From: Candidatus Thorarchaeota archaeon SMTZ1-45
GTDB lineage: Archaea > Asgardarchaeota > Thorarchaeia > Thorarchaeales > Thorarchaeaceae
Length of the DNA: 46,016 bases
Reading direction: 5' to 3'
NCBI GenBank assembly: GCA_001563335.1
Contig: LRSL01000061.1
Location: forward strand, 1 to 46,016
Part shown: positions 19,220 through 29,139 of the stretch, in pieces
Numbering within the stretch: the first letter of the stretch is position 1
How the letters are laid out: each line of letters begins with the position of its first letter
Position numbers and translations under genes: made by a program
Notes under the pieces: generated by a model
Told to the model about the DNA's origin: nothing
Seen by the model: the letters and a program-made list of their open reading frames with translations, nothing else
Databases searched by the model: none

Positions 19220-19842
19220 TGATGTTCAATATAAGAAAGCGTGAAACTAAAGAACAGGTCAGTGAATCAGAATACCTGGTTAATATGACAGAGCTTCACA
19301 CCAGAGAGAACATTGTGACTGAGTCTTTCCGCCAATTCATTGAGAAATCATATCATAAGGTCAGCATCGATAAAATATGCTCTGAGCTTGGTATATCAAA
19401 GGGTGCTGTTTTTCATTATTTCAATTCAAAATATGATCTTGCATGTGAATCACTACTTCAAGGATTCAATAAACTTTGGAGTCCTCATCTAAAGCAGATT
19501 ATCAGTAAGGGAACACCACAAGAGAAACTCATACAGTTCATTCGAAGCTCTGTTCAGATGTTCATGGAGCATCCAACGCTTCGTCGGTTTTCCTATGAAA
19601 TCTATGAGGAAGGTGCGGGCAGAAAGGATAGAAACAGTGAGTGGCTGAGATCCTATAGGGAGCATATGAACCTTGCAACCAAGTTATATGAGGAGTGCGG
19701 AGTTTCAAATCCAGAGGGGCGAGCTCGCCTTCTGATTGCATCCTTGGAGGGCCTTTCTTTCTTGTTTATTTCAGAGGATTCTGAAAGACAATTAGACGCT
19801 GAAACTATTTCCAAAGATCTCGTAGATATGTTTGTCCCATGA
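19216..19842 (+). CDS. TetR/AcrR family regulator
   Basis: SIDKICSELGISKGAVFHYFNSKYDL HTH motif. Confidence 0.9.
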   Translation: MMMFNIRKRETKEQVSESEYLVNMTELHTRENIVTESFRQFIEKSYHKVSIDKICSELGISKGAVFHYFNSKYDLACESLLQGFNKLWSPHLKQIISKGTPQEKLIQFIRSSVQMFMEHPTLRRFSYEIYEEGAGRKDRNSEWLRSYREHMNLATKLYEECGVSNPEGRARLLIASLEGLSFLFISEDSERQLDAETISKDLVDMFVP

Positions 19843-19849
19843 CAAAGAA

Positions 19850-19892
19850 CAGGATTATCGATAATATCGCCAGCAAAACAGATGTAATCCTG
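19850..19892 (+). repeat. Dispersed element, central bulged-stem part (copy S)
   Basis: CAGGATTA-TC...aaaacaGA-TG-TAATCCTG has the same fold as copies B and G, with compensatory changes. Confidence 0.6.
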
Positions 19893-19954
19893 AAATTTCT
19901 TTTTTCTCAACAAGGAACATTGTTTAAGAAGACTCGGTCGATAGAGTGCATATC

Positions 19955-20620
19955 ATGAATATTGATGAAGCAAAACAGATTGTCTGTGACGCTGGTAAGA
20001 AGCTCATTGCAAATGGTTTGGTAGGAGGAACGTGGGGGAATATTTCTTGCAGAATAAGTGATTCAAAGATGGCAATCACACCTTCAGGAATGAGCTACGA
20101 GAAGCTTGGTCCTGACGATATCGCTATTGTCGATTTTAGTTCAGATGATGTAACATGGGAGGGAAAACACAAACCCTCTGCAGAAATGAAACTTCATATC
20201 GCAGTTTACCGTGAACGAAAGAACATTGGAGCTGTCATCCATTCACATTCAATGAATGCCTCCACGGTTGCTGTTGCGCGACGTGAAGTCCCTCCAATTC
20301 TTGATGACATGGTTCAGATTATTGGTCCAACAATCAGGGTGGCAGAATATGCTCTGCCCTCTACAAAGAAGATAGTCAAGAAGACCATGAATGCACTCAA
20401 GGGGCGAAATGCAGCATTGATGGCAAATCATGGCGCTGTGTGCATTGGACGTGATATGGAGGAGGCATTCACTTGCACATTTGTGCTTGAAAAGACTTGC
20501 AAGGCATTCATAGAGGCTGAGTTCCTTGGTGGAGCTAAGACCATCAACAAGTTCGAGGCGTACTTGATGCGACAATATTATCTACGGAAATATGGGAAGC
20601 AGAAAGGTGAGTTCTCATAG
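19955..20620 (+). CDS. Class II aldolase/adducin family (L-fuculose-phosphate aldolase-like)
   Basis: GNIS, TPSG, PSAEMKLH, IHSHS and ANHG motifs. Confidence 0.9.
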   Translation: MNIDEAKQIVCDAGKKLIANGLVGGTWGNISCRISDSKMAITPSGMSYEKLGPDDIAIVDFSSDDVTWEGKHKPSAEMKLHIAVYRERKNIGAVIHSHSMNASTVAVARREVPPILDDMVQIIGPTIRVAEYALPSTKKIVKKTMNALKGRNAALMANHGAVCIGRDMEEAFTCTFVLEKTCKAFIEAEFLGGAKTINKFEAYLMRQYYLRKYGKQKGEFS

Positions 20621-20635
20621 AAAGGATGCATCCAT

Positions 20636-20670
20636 GTTATCATAAGTCGGGAAAATCTTCGAACTAATCT
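20636..20670 (+). repeat. Dispersed element, copy I (left part)
   Basis: gttatcataagtcgggaaaatcttcgaact. Confidence 0.65.
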
Positions 20671-20757
20671 TGGGAGTGAATATTCATCTCTGGATTGAGA
20701 AAGGAGAAATCTTATGTCAGACACACTCTGCTAAAAGGACAGGAGGTTTGCAGCAAT

Positions 20758-21573
20758 ATGACAATAAACACTGCAAGGAAGATTATCCTACTTTGTACAG
20801 GTTTTAATCTAATTGCCGAGTATTCTGCAAGAGGTCTTGTTGGTTTCTTCTATCAGCTTCTTCCAGTCTGGCTTTTTCTAGCGTATTTCACATTCTTTCA
20901 CATGATACTCCATGTTTCTTCTGTCACTGGAGGTTCTGACAAGGCTGTTCTCCTTTCAGCAATGACATTGGGATTGCCCTACATATTCTTCTCTACAGGA
21001 ACTGCATTTTTCACAAGCGAGATTGCTGGTTTTCTGATCATAACTTTCACAATCATGTTTTTCATGTGGGGGCTCACTCAGACTTGGCTCCCTTTATCAG
21101 CTGGAGGGCACATCTTTGGCTGGAATGTTTCAGAGTTTCGCTTGAGTCTTAGAGGGTGGGCAGTCTGTATTGCATACCTCATTCTTTTCATGGTCTTCTC
21201 GTTCCCCGGGGCAATCAAAGCACCTCTCTATCTCTACGCGGTTTCATTCGGAGTCATTCTGCTATTCGCATACCTTACTCTCAGAGAAGTAAATCGAAGC
21301 AAAAATGAATTCAAGTCTGTGGGGGACAATAATATAGTAAATGATGACACAATTCCAAAAAATCCGTCTATGTTCATACCTGTCTGGTTTATAATCACTT
21401 CAGGAATAGGTCTGATTAGTGGCACACTAATCCCGCTTTATTTTGAGTCATTAGGAACAGAGAGACTGTACTATCCAACTGCATTCATCCTGATGACATT
21501 CTGGACAATAGTGACTGGTGTTCTATTGCTCTTAGACAGGAAAAGGGTCGGAGCATTCCGTTTGCCCTACTAG
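20758..21573 (+). CDS. Hypothetical polytopic membrane protein
   Basis: About 8 hydrophobic helices; ATG 20758 follows GGAGG (ORF track starts at 20695). Confidence 0.7.
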   Translation: MTINTARKIILLCTGFNLIAEYSARGLVGFFYQLLPVWLFLAYFTFFHMILHVSSVTGGSDKAVLLSAMTLGLPYIFFSTGTAFFTSEIAGFLIITFTIMFFMWGLTQTWLPLSAGGHIFGWNVSEFRLSLRGWAVCIAYLILFMVFSFPGAIKAPLYLYAVSFGVILLFAYLTLREVNRSKNEFKSVGDNNIVNDDTIPKNPSMFIPVWFIITSGIGLISGTLIPLYFESLGTERLYYPTAFILMTFWTIVTGVLLLLDRKRVGAFRLPY

Positions 21574-21578
21574 TGAAA

Positions 21579-21626
21579 CACAAGAGATTTTCATACTGAA
21601 CTATCTCCTATACAAGCAAGAGGAAT
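21579..21626 (+). repeat. Dispersed element, copy J (partial)
   Basis: cacaagagattttcatactgaactatctcctatacaagcaagaggaat is closest to copy D. Confidence 0.7.
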
Positions 21627-21778
21627 CCAGACCACTGGTTTTCAATTGATCTACAAATGATTTCATCACGTACAAGCAATAATGAGCATAATTATTTCTC
21701 ATCCTTATTCCAAATCATCCAAAGGAAGATGTAACATAGTTTATCAAGATGGTAAACGATCATGAATGGGTTGTTTAG

Positions 21779-22057
21779 ATGGAGAGAGAACTGAAAGATA
21801 TGCTCAAGCACGGGAGGAAATTTGAAAGGTTGAGGACTGCTGAGCAGGGAGTATTCATTAGAAAGATACCTAAGTCAAAGGATGAGCCAGCCTATCTAGC
21901 TGTTGAGATCAATCCGATTGATAAAAGTGGATATCCAATGAATAAGATAGGGGTCATCATAAGAAACCAGTACGAACTAGATGCCATCAGGGCTATTTTG
22001 TCTCAGAAAAAGGTGGACGAAATACTCCAGACAATAGAGAAGATAAGCCATCAGTAG
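21779..22057 (+). CDS. Small basic hypothetical protein
   Basis: 92-aa clean ORF filling the gap between two repeat copies. Confidence 0.7.
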   Translation: MERELKDMLKHGRKFERLRTAEQGVFIRKIPKSKDEPAYLAVEINPIDKSGYPMNKIGVIIRNQYELDAIRAILSQKKVDEILQTIEKISHQ

Positions 22058-22065
22058 GGTATTAT

Positions 22066-22122
22066 TTTTTCATTACACTGGAGATTTTTAAACTAGAGAA
22101 TTGGAAAGAGGGCTTCCTTTTC
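22066..22122 (+). repeat. Dispersed element, copy K (internally deleted: left part joined to terminal hairpin)
   Basis: tttttcattacactggagatttttaaactaga...gaaagagggcttccttttc. Confidence 0.65.
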
Positions 22123-22173
22123 GCACCCTAAAATCTTAAAGTAGAGGAATACCAAGTGTAAGAGAATCATTGA

Positions 22174-23532
22174 ATGGTAGGAAAAAAAACGCCCATAGGA
22201 CGTGATAGTGTGAGTGAACAGAAATCGAAGATTCTAGAGAGAGTAAAGAAAGAAGAGATCAGCTTCATTGACCTAATGTTTTCAGATCTATCTGGTCAAC
22301 TGAAATGCGTGACCATTTCGCCAAGAGAATTGGAAAATTGCTTAGAAGATGGCAAATGGTTTGACGGATCGTCTGTAGAGGGGTTCACCAGAATCCATGA
22401 GAGCGACATGTTGTTGATTCCTGATTCAACGACCTATATCATGTTGCCTTGGCCGCGACATGGAAAAAACGCAGCGAGAATCATTTGTGATGTCTTTGAA
22501 CCTAATAAAATACCATATGAGGGTGCTCCTCGAAACATTTTGCGACGTATTTCTGAAACGAGTGAAGCAAAGGGATGGTTTTACAAGGTTGGACCTGAAA
22601 TCGAGTTCTTCCTTTTTGGATCAAAAGAAGAAGGGGATTATTATGATAGGGCGAGCTACTTCGATTTCTCACCAAGAGACCTAGGTATCGATATTCGGGC
22701 AGTCATCGTTTCTACGTTGGAAGGTCTGGGTATTCAAGTAGGAATGACACATCATGAGTGTGGACCCAGCCAACATGAGATTGATATTGAATACAGTAAT
22801 GTCTTGACTAGTGCAGATAACATCATGGTTGCAAAGCAGGCGATTAAGACAGTCGCTAGTAACATAGACCTTTATGCCTCTTTCATGCCAAAGCCCAGAA
22901 CCGGTGTGGCAGGTAGTGGAATGCATACACATCAATCCATATTTAACAACAATAGAAAGAACCTCTTTCATGACGATGATGATCCATATCAACTCTCCAC
23001 TCTAGCATACCATTTCATGGGCGGTCAGCTCGAGTATATCAGAGAGATGTCTGCCATCCTCTGCCCAACAGTCAATAGCTATAAACGGTTAGGTGGGTTT
23101 GAGGCACCGGTCTATATTTGTTGGGGACAACGAAATCGGTCAGCCTTAATCCGAGTCCCAAGGTACGGTAAGAATCGACAAGAATCTGCAAGACTGGAAC
23201 TTCGATGTCCAGATCCAAGCTGCAATCCTTACATTACATTTGCAGTTATGCTGGCAGCAGGAATGAAAGGTATAGATAAAAAGATAGAACCTCCAGAACC
23301 AGTAGAAGAAGATGTCTTTGACTTCGATGATGCTAAACTTGCGCAGTTTTATATAAAATCCATGCCCTCCGATCTTGGTGAAGCCCTTGATGAGTTTGAG
23401 CAGAGTAAGTTCATCAAGGACTGCTTAGGGGAGCAGGCTTTTAACAAGTATTTAGGGCTTAAACGAGCAGAATGGTCGGAGTTCAAGCGGAGTGTGACTG
23501 ACTGGGAAAGAATGTACTATATAGACTTGTGA
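22174..23532 (+). CDS. glnA: Type I glutamine synthetase
   Basis: FDGSS, GPEIEFF, HHE..PSQHEID, FMPKP, GSGMHTHQS, NSYKRL, NRSALIRVP and ELRCPD motifs. Confidence 0.95.
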   Translation: MVGKKTPIGRDSVSEQKSKILERVKKEEISFIDLMFSDLSGQLKCVTISPRELENCLEDGKWFDGSSVEGFTRIHESDMLLIPDSTTYIMLPWPRHGKNAARIICDVFEPNKIPYEGAPRNILRRISETSEAKGWFYKVGPEIEFFLFGSKEEGDYYDRASYFDFSPRDLGIDIRAVIVSTLEGLGIQVGMTHHECGPSQHEIDIEYSNVLTSADNIMVAKQAIKTVASNIDLYASFMPKPRTGVAGSGMHTHQSIFNNNRKNLFHDDDDPYQLSTLAYHFMGGQLEYIREMSAILCPTVNSYKRLGGFEAPVYICWGQRNRSALIRVPRYGKNRQESARLELRCPDPSCNPYITFAVMLAAGMKGIDKKIEPPEPVEEDVFDFDDAKLAQFYIKSMPSDLGEALDEFEQSKFIKDCLGEQAFNKYLGLKRAEWSEFKRSVTDWERMYYIDL

Positions 23533-23580
23533 ATAAATATGAAGAACACATTCTTAATGAACTTTGATAGCTGCTTTGAG

Positions 23581-23620
23581 ATTGTCATTGAGGGGGAGAT
23601 ATCCAGACAAGATTACCTAT
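23581..23620 (+). repeat. Dispersed element, copy M (left part, ends at convergent stop codon)
   Basis: attgtcattgagggggagatatccagacaagattacctat aligns gap-free to copy D at about 60% by eye. Confidence 0.6.
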
Positions 23621-24567
23621 CAATCCAAATTCGTCATGAACTCCTCAACAGCACGAATGTAAAGATCCGGATTATGACTGTGAATCACATGATCAGAGTC
23701 AATCCGTTTGAATAACATTTCTGGTGCAAGTTCTCTTGCCAATGCAGCATCATTATCATCCATAGCACCAACTAGCCCATAATCTGGATGACGTAACCAG
23801 TTTGCATGGAGAAGTATCATTGGACACTCAGCCTGTTTCAATGCATCGGCATGATTTAGCCCCTCGTATATCCGACCATCAACCCAAGCTTGTGAGAAGT
23901 CTGCATCGAAATCGACTAGTACTTCAACTATCTTTCTAAAACTACCAGGCAACGAGGGTTTACCCCGAAGCTTCTGGGACACTCGAATCAGAAATGAGAT
24001 GAAGTAAGTAGCAGAACGAGGAACCGAACGAATTTTTCCATTTGGTAGGGGTCGCTTAATCTTCATGAACATTCTCGCAAGTCCAGAGATGCTTCGAGAT
24101 TCATGTAGTTCCTTGCTCATCTCTACTGTGACTTGTAGAACATAATAGACATAGCTATCCTCCTTAATTCTTGGCCAGTCCGCTGAGAACAATGGGGGAT
24201 CTTCCATTATGATGCCTTTAACTAGACCAGGTCTGTTTGCTGCTAACCAGAGGGCAATGAGTCCTCCCGAAGAATTACCAGAGATGATCGTAGGTTCTTT
24301 TACAACAGATTGTAGAAATGCAGTCATATCTCTACCAATTGAGGTGAATGAGTAATCACCAGTAGCCCAGTCAGATTTTCCATGTCCTCGAACATCGATA
24401 GCATAGACATGAAATTTCTCAGAGAGCAGAGGAAGGACCTTTCTGTAATTTGTCCAGTCAGCTCCTTGACCTGGAATAAGAACAAGCGAAGGACTATTAT
24501 TTGGTCCAGCAACATAGTTGATCTCTAGCTCACCAGTGTTGAACCGTTTCTCTTCAAAAGCGTCCAT
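23620..24567 (-). CDS. Alpha/beta hydrolase
   Basis: DVRGHGKS, GNSSGG nucleophile elbow and C-terminal His (SDHVIH). Confidence 0.9.
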   Translation of the reverse strand: MDAFEEKRFNTGELEINYVAGPNNSPSLVLIPGQGADWTNYRKVLPLLSEKFHVYAIDVRGHGKSDWATGDYSFTSIGRDMTAFLQSVVKEPTIISGNSSGGLIALWLAANRPGLVKGIIMEDPPLFSADWPRIKEDSYVYYVLQVTVEMSKELHESRSISGLARMFMKIKRPLPNGKIRSVPRSATYFISFLIRVSQKLRGKPSLPGSFRKIVEVLVDFDADFSQAWVDGRIYEGLNHADALKQAECPMILLHANWLRHPDYGLVGAMDDNDAALARELAPEMLFKRIDSDHVIHSHNPDLYIRAVEEFMTNLD

Positions 24568-24597
24568 GGTTAGGATACAGACCCGAATGTTTATAAA

Positions 24598-24629
24598 TTT
24601 GCATTACTATGCAAAATATGCAAAATATG
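24598..24629. promoter_or_regulatory. Operator for the divergent MarR/GbsR regulator
   Basis: TTTGCAT-tact-ATGCAAA palindrome plus a repeated tatgcaaaa half-site. Confidence 0.6.
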
Positions 24630-24650
24630 AGATTTTTGAGAGAGTAAAAA

Positions 24651-25190
24651 ATGGCTGACGAAAAGTTCACCCGAATCAGAACATCCTTCATTCAGACTCT
24701 TGAGGAAATGGTGAAGTTTCGTGGTAACGACCCAATGATTGCGAGAATATACGCCATGATAGTCCTTTCACCAGAACCTCTGACTCAGGAACAGATAGCG
24801 AATACCACAGGTTACTCAAGGAGTCAGATATCACGTTATCTCGCAAATTTAGAACAGCGTCAAATGATCACGAAGGATTCTATGCCAGGTTCCAGGACCC
24901 AGCTCTATGGTGGAGAAACAATCCCTTTTCTCGATGGTTTCAGATCTGGAATGGAGGTTGCTGAGAGATTCATCAATAGCAGATTGGATGTGATGAATCA
25001 TATTCTATCAGCATGGCAAACACTCCCCAAGGATATCAAGGATAGTGCTGAAGGAAAGAAGCTGAAAGAAGTAGTCACTGTCTTTTCTGCATGGTTTGGT
25101 AGCTATCTTGATCTCCTATCCGAGTTCAATCAACGATTCAACGAGAGATTGAAGGAGAAAGAGAAAGACCTGCTACTTATCAAATTCTGA
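24651..25190 (+). CDS. GbsR/MarR-family regulator
   Basis: ARIYAMIVLSPEPLTQEQIANTTGYSRSQISRYL wHTH. Confidence 0.85.
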   Translation: MADEKFTRIRTSFIQTLEEMVKFRGNDPMIARIYAMIVLSPEPLTQEQIANTTGYSRSQISRYLANLEQRQMITKDSMPGSRTQLYGGETIPFLDGFRSGMEVAERFINSRLDVMNHILSAWQTLPKDIKDSAEGKKLKEVVTVFSAWFGSYLDLLSEFNQRFNERLKEKEKDLLLIKF

Positions 25191-25269
25191 TCTTTTTTTC
25201 TAAAAGGCATTTGGTTGATTTTCTATAGAGGAAATTCAAGCCACAGGAGCTATACGACCTGATAATATC

Positions 25270-25473
25270 CTAGGGAGGTTTTTCGTCTGCCATCACTTTT
25301 GAGGCTGGTTTCCCCCCAATTCCCCAATGAGTCTTTGGAATCTCATAAACAACAACTTCCACAGCTCGTTCTGGAATTCCTAACTCAACAAATACCTTCG
25401 TGATACCTGAGATGATCTGTTCCACGGCTTCTTTTGATGTGCCTTTCCACATCTTAACATCAACAATTGGCAT
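25270..25473 (-). CDS. 4-oxalocrotonate tautomerase family protein
   Basis: N-terminal Pro (MPIVDV) and HWGIGG; 67 aa. Confidence 0.92.
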   Translation of the reverse strand: MPIVDVKMWKGTSKEAVEQIISGITKVFVELGIPERAVEVVVYEIPKTHWGIGGKPASKVMADEKPP

Positions 25474-25754
25474 GAGTTATCCTTCAGTACTCGATATTAA
25501 ACAATTCTGATTTCTGGTTTTGCTTTCTTCTATCTCTTTCATGAGTGATATAGACACTGTGGTTATTCGAATTCGATGTAGCACCAGTCGAGAGGTGGAT
25601 GCAGCCTTCATTTGATGTTCATTCCAAAAAGACCTGTGAAGCATTCATTGCAGCAGAATTCTTTGAGGGAGTATGAGAACAAGTAAGTAGCTACTCAATA
25701 GATACAATATATCTGTACTTTTGCTTCTAAAATGCAAATATCTTTGGAAGCTGA

Positions 25755-27074
25755 GTGGAATCATTGAATCCTAAATCAAGGGTATTCATTTGTGTTTTAA
25801 CGCTAGGGTTGGTTCTATCTCCTATATTCGATTCCCCTGTTTCAACTACGCTCTTTGAACAAGATGATAATGACTATTGGCCAGATGATTCTTGGAGGGT
25901 GTCCAGTTTGCAAGAACAAGACATGAATGTCCAGAGAATTGAGAGTCTAGTGTCGCGAATTGAGGACGGGTCAGCCGTATATTCACTTCTTATCATCAGG
26001 AATGGATACATCGTCTATGAGAATTACAGACAGGGGAAGAATGAAAATTCACTCATGCACATTTTCTCTTGTACTAAGAGCTTCACATCTGCCCTTATTG
26101 GGATAGCAATTCGAGAGGGCTACATTGGCTCTATAGATGATGCAATTCTCCCATATTTCTCCAATTGGACGATTGAGAATGTTGATGAAAGAAAAGAGAG
26201 TCTCACAATTAGACACTTTCTGACAATGACGACAGGGTTGGATTGGAATGAACACAACATTTCATACACCAGTCCTGAGAACATGGTCAATAAGATGCTA
26301 GCAAGTTCGAATCCTGCAAAATATGTACTAGACTTGAGGATGGTTCTAGAACCCGGCGAGGTACACGTCTATTCTACGGGAGCCAGTCAAGTATTATCTG
26401 CACTCATCAGAGAAGTGACTGGAATGAGACCTCAGTCCTTTGCACAAGAGTATCTATTTGAACCCCTCTCCATCTCTGACTATGATTGGGCTTTAGCTGG
26501 TATGGACACGAATGTTGGAGGGTCCCAGTTATATCTCAGATCTGGGGACATGGCACGATTTGGCTATCTGTACCTTAGGAATGGCTCGTGGAATAATGAA
26601 CAGATTATTCCTGTTGCATATGTTCATGACTCCAAATCAGCAGAAGTTTCCACAAATTGGGCTCTTGATTATGGACTACATTGGTGGGTCAATGAAGCTC
26701 GCGAGTACTTCTGTGCGTTAGGTTCACAAGGTCAAGGGATATTTATCGACCTAGCATTCAATCTCCTGATGATTATTACTGGTGGGTCAGATTCTATCCC
26801 AATGGAGTCTTATTTTGAAGGCTATGTACGAAGAGCAGCCATTGAAGGGTACAGCGAGGATGAAGGTGAAGAAACAGAAACCTCCGGATTCGATATTAGA
26901 GTAGTAATGCTCTCCATTATTATCGCAACCGGTGGTTTCTCGATCTTGCTTATTATAATCTACCCGAACATTACTAAGAAATTCTCTAGCCCAGGCCAAA
27001 TGATGCATGGATTTCTATTGAAGAAACTTCATCACAACTCAAACTCCAATTATCAAACCATTGCTTCATTTTAG
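25755..27074 (+). CDS. Membrane-anchored serine hydrolase (beta-lactamase class C fold)
   Basis: Signal peptide, SCTK, LTMTTG, YST, YGLHWW and a C-terminal TM. Confidence 0.88.
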   Translation: MESLNPKSRVFICVLTLGLVLSPIFDSPVSTTLFEQDDNDYWPDDSWRVSSLQEQDMNVQRIESLVSRIEDGSAVYSLLIIRNGYIVYENYRQGKNENSLMHIFSCTKSFTSALIGIAIREGYIGSIDDAILPYFSNWTIENVDERKESLTIRHFLTMTTGLDWNEHNISYTSPENMVNKMLASSNPAKYVLDLRMVLEPGEVHVYSTGASQVLSALIREVTGMRPQSFAQEYLFEPLSISDYDWALAGMDTNVGGSQLYLRSGDMARFGYLYLRNGSWNNEQIIPVAYVHDSKSAEVSTNWALDYGLHWWVNEAREYFCALGSQGQGIFIDLAFNLLMIITGGSDSIPMESYFEGYVRRAAIEGYSEDEGEETETSGFDIRVVMLSIIIATGGFSILLIIIYPNITKKFSSPGQMMHGFLLKKLHHNSNSNYQTIASF

Positions 27075-27106
27075 AGAAACAATCCTGATACCATGAATCA
27101 GATGTC

Positions 27107-27439
27107 CTACTCTTGAAGCAGTCTGTCAGGGATGTCCGCCAGGAGACTTTTCAGTTTGAAGATGTACTTTCTGAAGATTTCCGCTCCTGACTGAGTAATC
27201 TCGACAACCACCAGAGGTCTCCATGATAATATCCTACGACTACGAATAAGACTGGACTCCTCAAGCTTACGAATGTGATGATCAAGATTCCCAGGTGTTA
27301 GACCTAGAAGCTGCTTCAATTCAATGAAACCAACCCGTCGCTTCATGAAGAGAAGATACATGATTGAAAAGCGCGGCTGTGACTGAAAGACCCTTTCCTC
27401 TTCACTCAGGGTCAAAGAGTCACTCACAGATAACACCAC
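27107..27439 (-). CDS. Winged-helix regulator (HTH_34/ArsR-like)
   Basis: FIELKQLLGLTPGNLDHHIRKLEE motif. Confidence 0.85.
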   Translation of the reverse strand: MVLSVSDSLTLSEEERVFQSQPRFSIMYLLFMKRRVGFIELKQLLGLTPGNLDHHIRKLEESSLIRSRRILSWRPLVVVEITQSGAEIFRKYIFKLKSLLADIPDRLLQE

Positions 27440-27451
27440 ACTAATTTGGAA

Positions 27452-28096
27452 CTACGTAGAAGACTGCAACATATGAGCAGCCGTCCGGTTCATTGCAATC
27501 CCTGCAACGATGAAACAGATGGAGAAGACAATCAATGTGAGATATCCAAGAAGCATTATGTCCGAAATGAGTAGAAGCGGAAACGAAATTAGACAAAGAG
27601 AAATTCCTAGATAGAAGAGGACACTGACTTTTCCATGTGAACCAACTGCTCTGAGAATTGCAAATGTAATCAAACATGATGCGCCAGCAGCCCAGAGAAG
27701 AGAGATTAGGCGTAGTGACTCAGGAAGCAGTCCAGTCAAAGTAAACGCAAGAAACCACACAATTCCAATCAAAGCCCCATGTTTGGCATCTGTGGTTTCT
27801 TCCTTAGATTTACTTTCTACTGTCTTCCAAGATTCAAAGAAGGAATATGCTATAAAACCAAAACACAGAAGCAAGGTCATCACATTTGCGAAAATAGAGA
27901 TGAGTTCTGTATCGAGTCCGATTATGCCAGCGACAAGGACTGCGTTCATACTGACTACAACGCCAAGGGGGAGCACAATTCCTAGAAATATCAGTACTCG
28001 ACCCCAAATCTTTCTGAAGAGATACTCTTCATATCGTTCAACAACGCTCAGAGCTTGTAGTACCTTATCAAATTCCTCCATAAGAGATCCCACCAT
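27452..28096 (-). CDS. Hypothetical 6-TM membrane protein
   Basis: Hydrophobic helices, co-oriented with the wHTH gene. Confidence 0.75.
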   Translation of the reverse strand: MVGSLMEEFDKVLQALSVVERYEEYLFRKIWGRVLIFLGIVLPLGVVVSMNAVLVAGIIGLDTELISIFANVMTLLLCFGFIAYSFFESWKTVESKSKEETTDAKHGALIGIVWFLAFTLTGLLPESLRLISLLWAAGASCLITFAILRAVGSHGKVSVLFYLGISLCLISFPLLLISDIMLLGYLTLIVFSICFIVAGIAMNRTAAHMLQSST

Positions 28097-28188
28097 TCTA
28101 TGGAGTATGAGCAGACATTAAATGATAGTCTGTTCTGCAATACAGAACTCATCCACTCCTTAAGTAGAATTGTATCTTTACTATACAC

Positions 28189-29139
28189 ATGAAAACTACT
28201 ACGATTGTATTGGAAGCTCGAGAAATATCGAAGAGCTATAATGGGAATAAAGTGCTAGACAACCTTAGCTTAGATATCAGATCATCTGACTTCTTTGTTT
28301 TGATGGGACCTAATGGCTCGGGAAAGAGTACTCTCCTGTCCATCTTGGCAGGAACAAACTCGTTTGATAGTGGGAGTATCAGGATTCTTGGACACGATAT
28401 TTGTAATAGTAGTCTGGAAGCGAGAAAGCACATCGGGTATGTTCCTCAGGAGAATTTCTGTTCAGACTTTCTTACTGGTAGGGAGAACCTTCAGTACTTC
28501 GCGGATCTGCTTGGACTCTCCAAGGCGCAAGCGAGAGAGGAGATTGAGCTGCTTGTACAGATGATGGATCTAGAGGAGGCTATAGACAGGCGTGTTGCAG
28601 AATATAGTGGAGGGATGAAGAAGAAACTAGAGGTCGCAACAGCGTTGTTGGGTGAGCCAGAAATCCTCTTCCTTGACGAACCGACGACAGGTCTCGATCC
28701 AACTGTGAGAAAGGACTTTCTCACTCTTCTTCGAGAGATTAACGAACAGGGGACTGCAGTCCTCCTTGTCACACACATCGGTGAAGACGCAGAGATGGCT
28801 TCTCGTGTTGGTTTCATGATTCAAGGCGAGATCGTCGCGGAGGGTGAACCTGATGAATTAAAGGAGATGAGTGGACTGAAAGGCTCGATCATCGTGGATG
28901 CGGCTCCAAGATCTGACGAACTCATGTTGCTCCTAGCAAGTCTCAGTGATGATTGTATGGTCATTGAAAGGGAGGAGTTGCTAGAGCTCATTTGTAAAGA
29001 CACAAAGAGAATGATTCCAAAGATTGTGGACATGCTCTACAAGTCCGGCTTTCACATGCACCGAGTTGATACAAGACCACCAAGTCTTGAAGATGTCTTC
29101 TACACGTTAACTGAATGTCCCATCCGAGGTGAGGTGTGA
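28189..29139 (+). CDS. ABC-2 exporter ATP-binding protein
   Basis: GPNGSGKS, YSGGM, LFLDEPT and SLEDVF motifs. Confidence 0.95.
   Translation: MKTTTIVLEAREISKSYNGNKVLDNLSLDIRSSDFFVLMGPNGSGKSTLLSILAGTNSFDSGSIRILGHDICNSSLEARKHIGYVPQENFCSDFLTGRENLQYFADLLGLSKAQAREEIELLVQMMDLEEAIDRRVAEYSGGMKKKLEVATALLGEPEILFLDEPTTGLDPTVRKDFLTLLREINEQGTAVLLVTHIGEDAEMASRVGFMIQGEIVAEGEPDELKEMSGLKGSIIVDAAPRSDELMLLLASLSDDCMVIEREELLELICKDTKRMIPKIVDMLYKSGFHMHRVDTRPPSLEDVFYTLTECPIRGEV

Noticed and set aside
19839-19895. Possible SECIS downstream of the rSAM operon
   Set aside because: The ATGA is 7 nt away from the helix, so the AUGA/GA quartet geometry is not met. The hairpin is better explained as an element copy.
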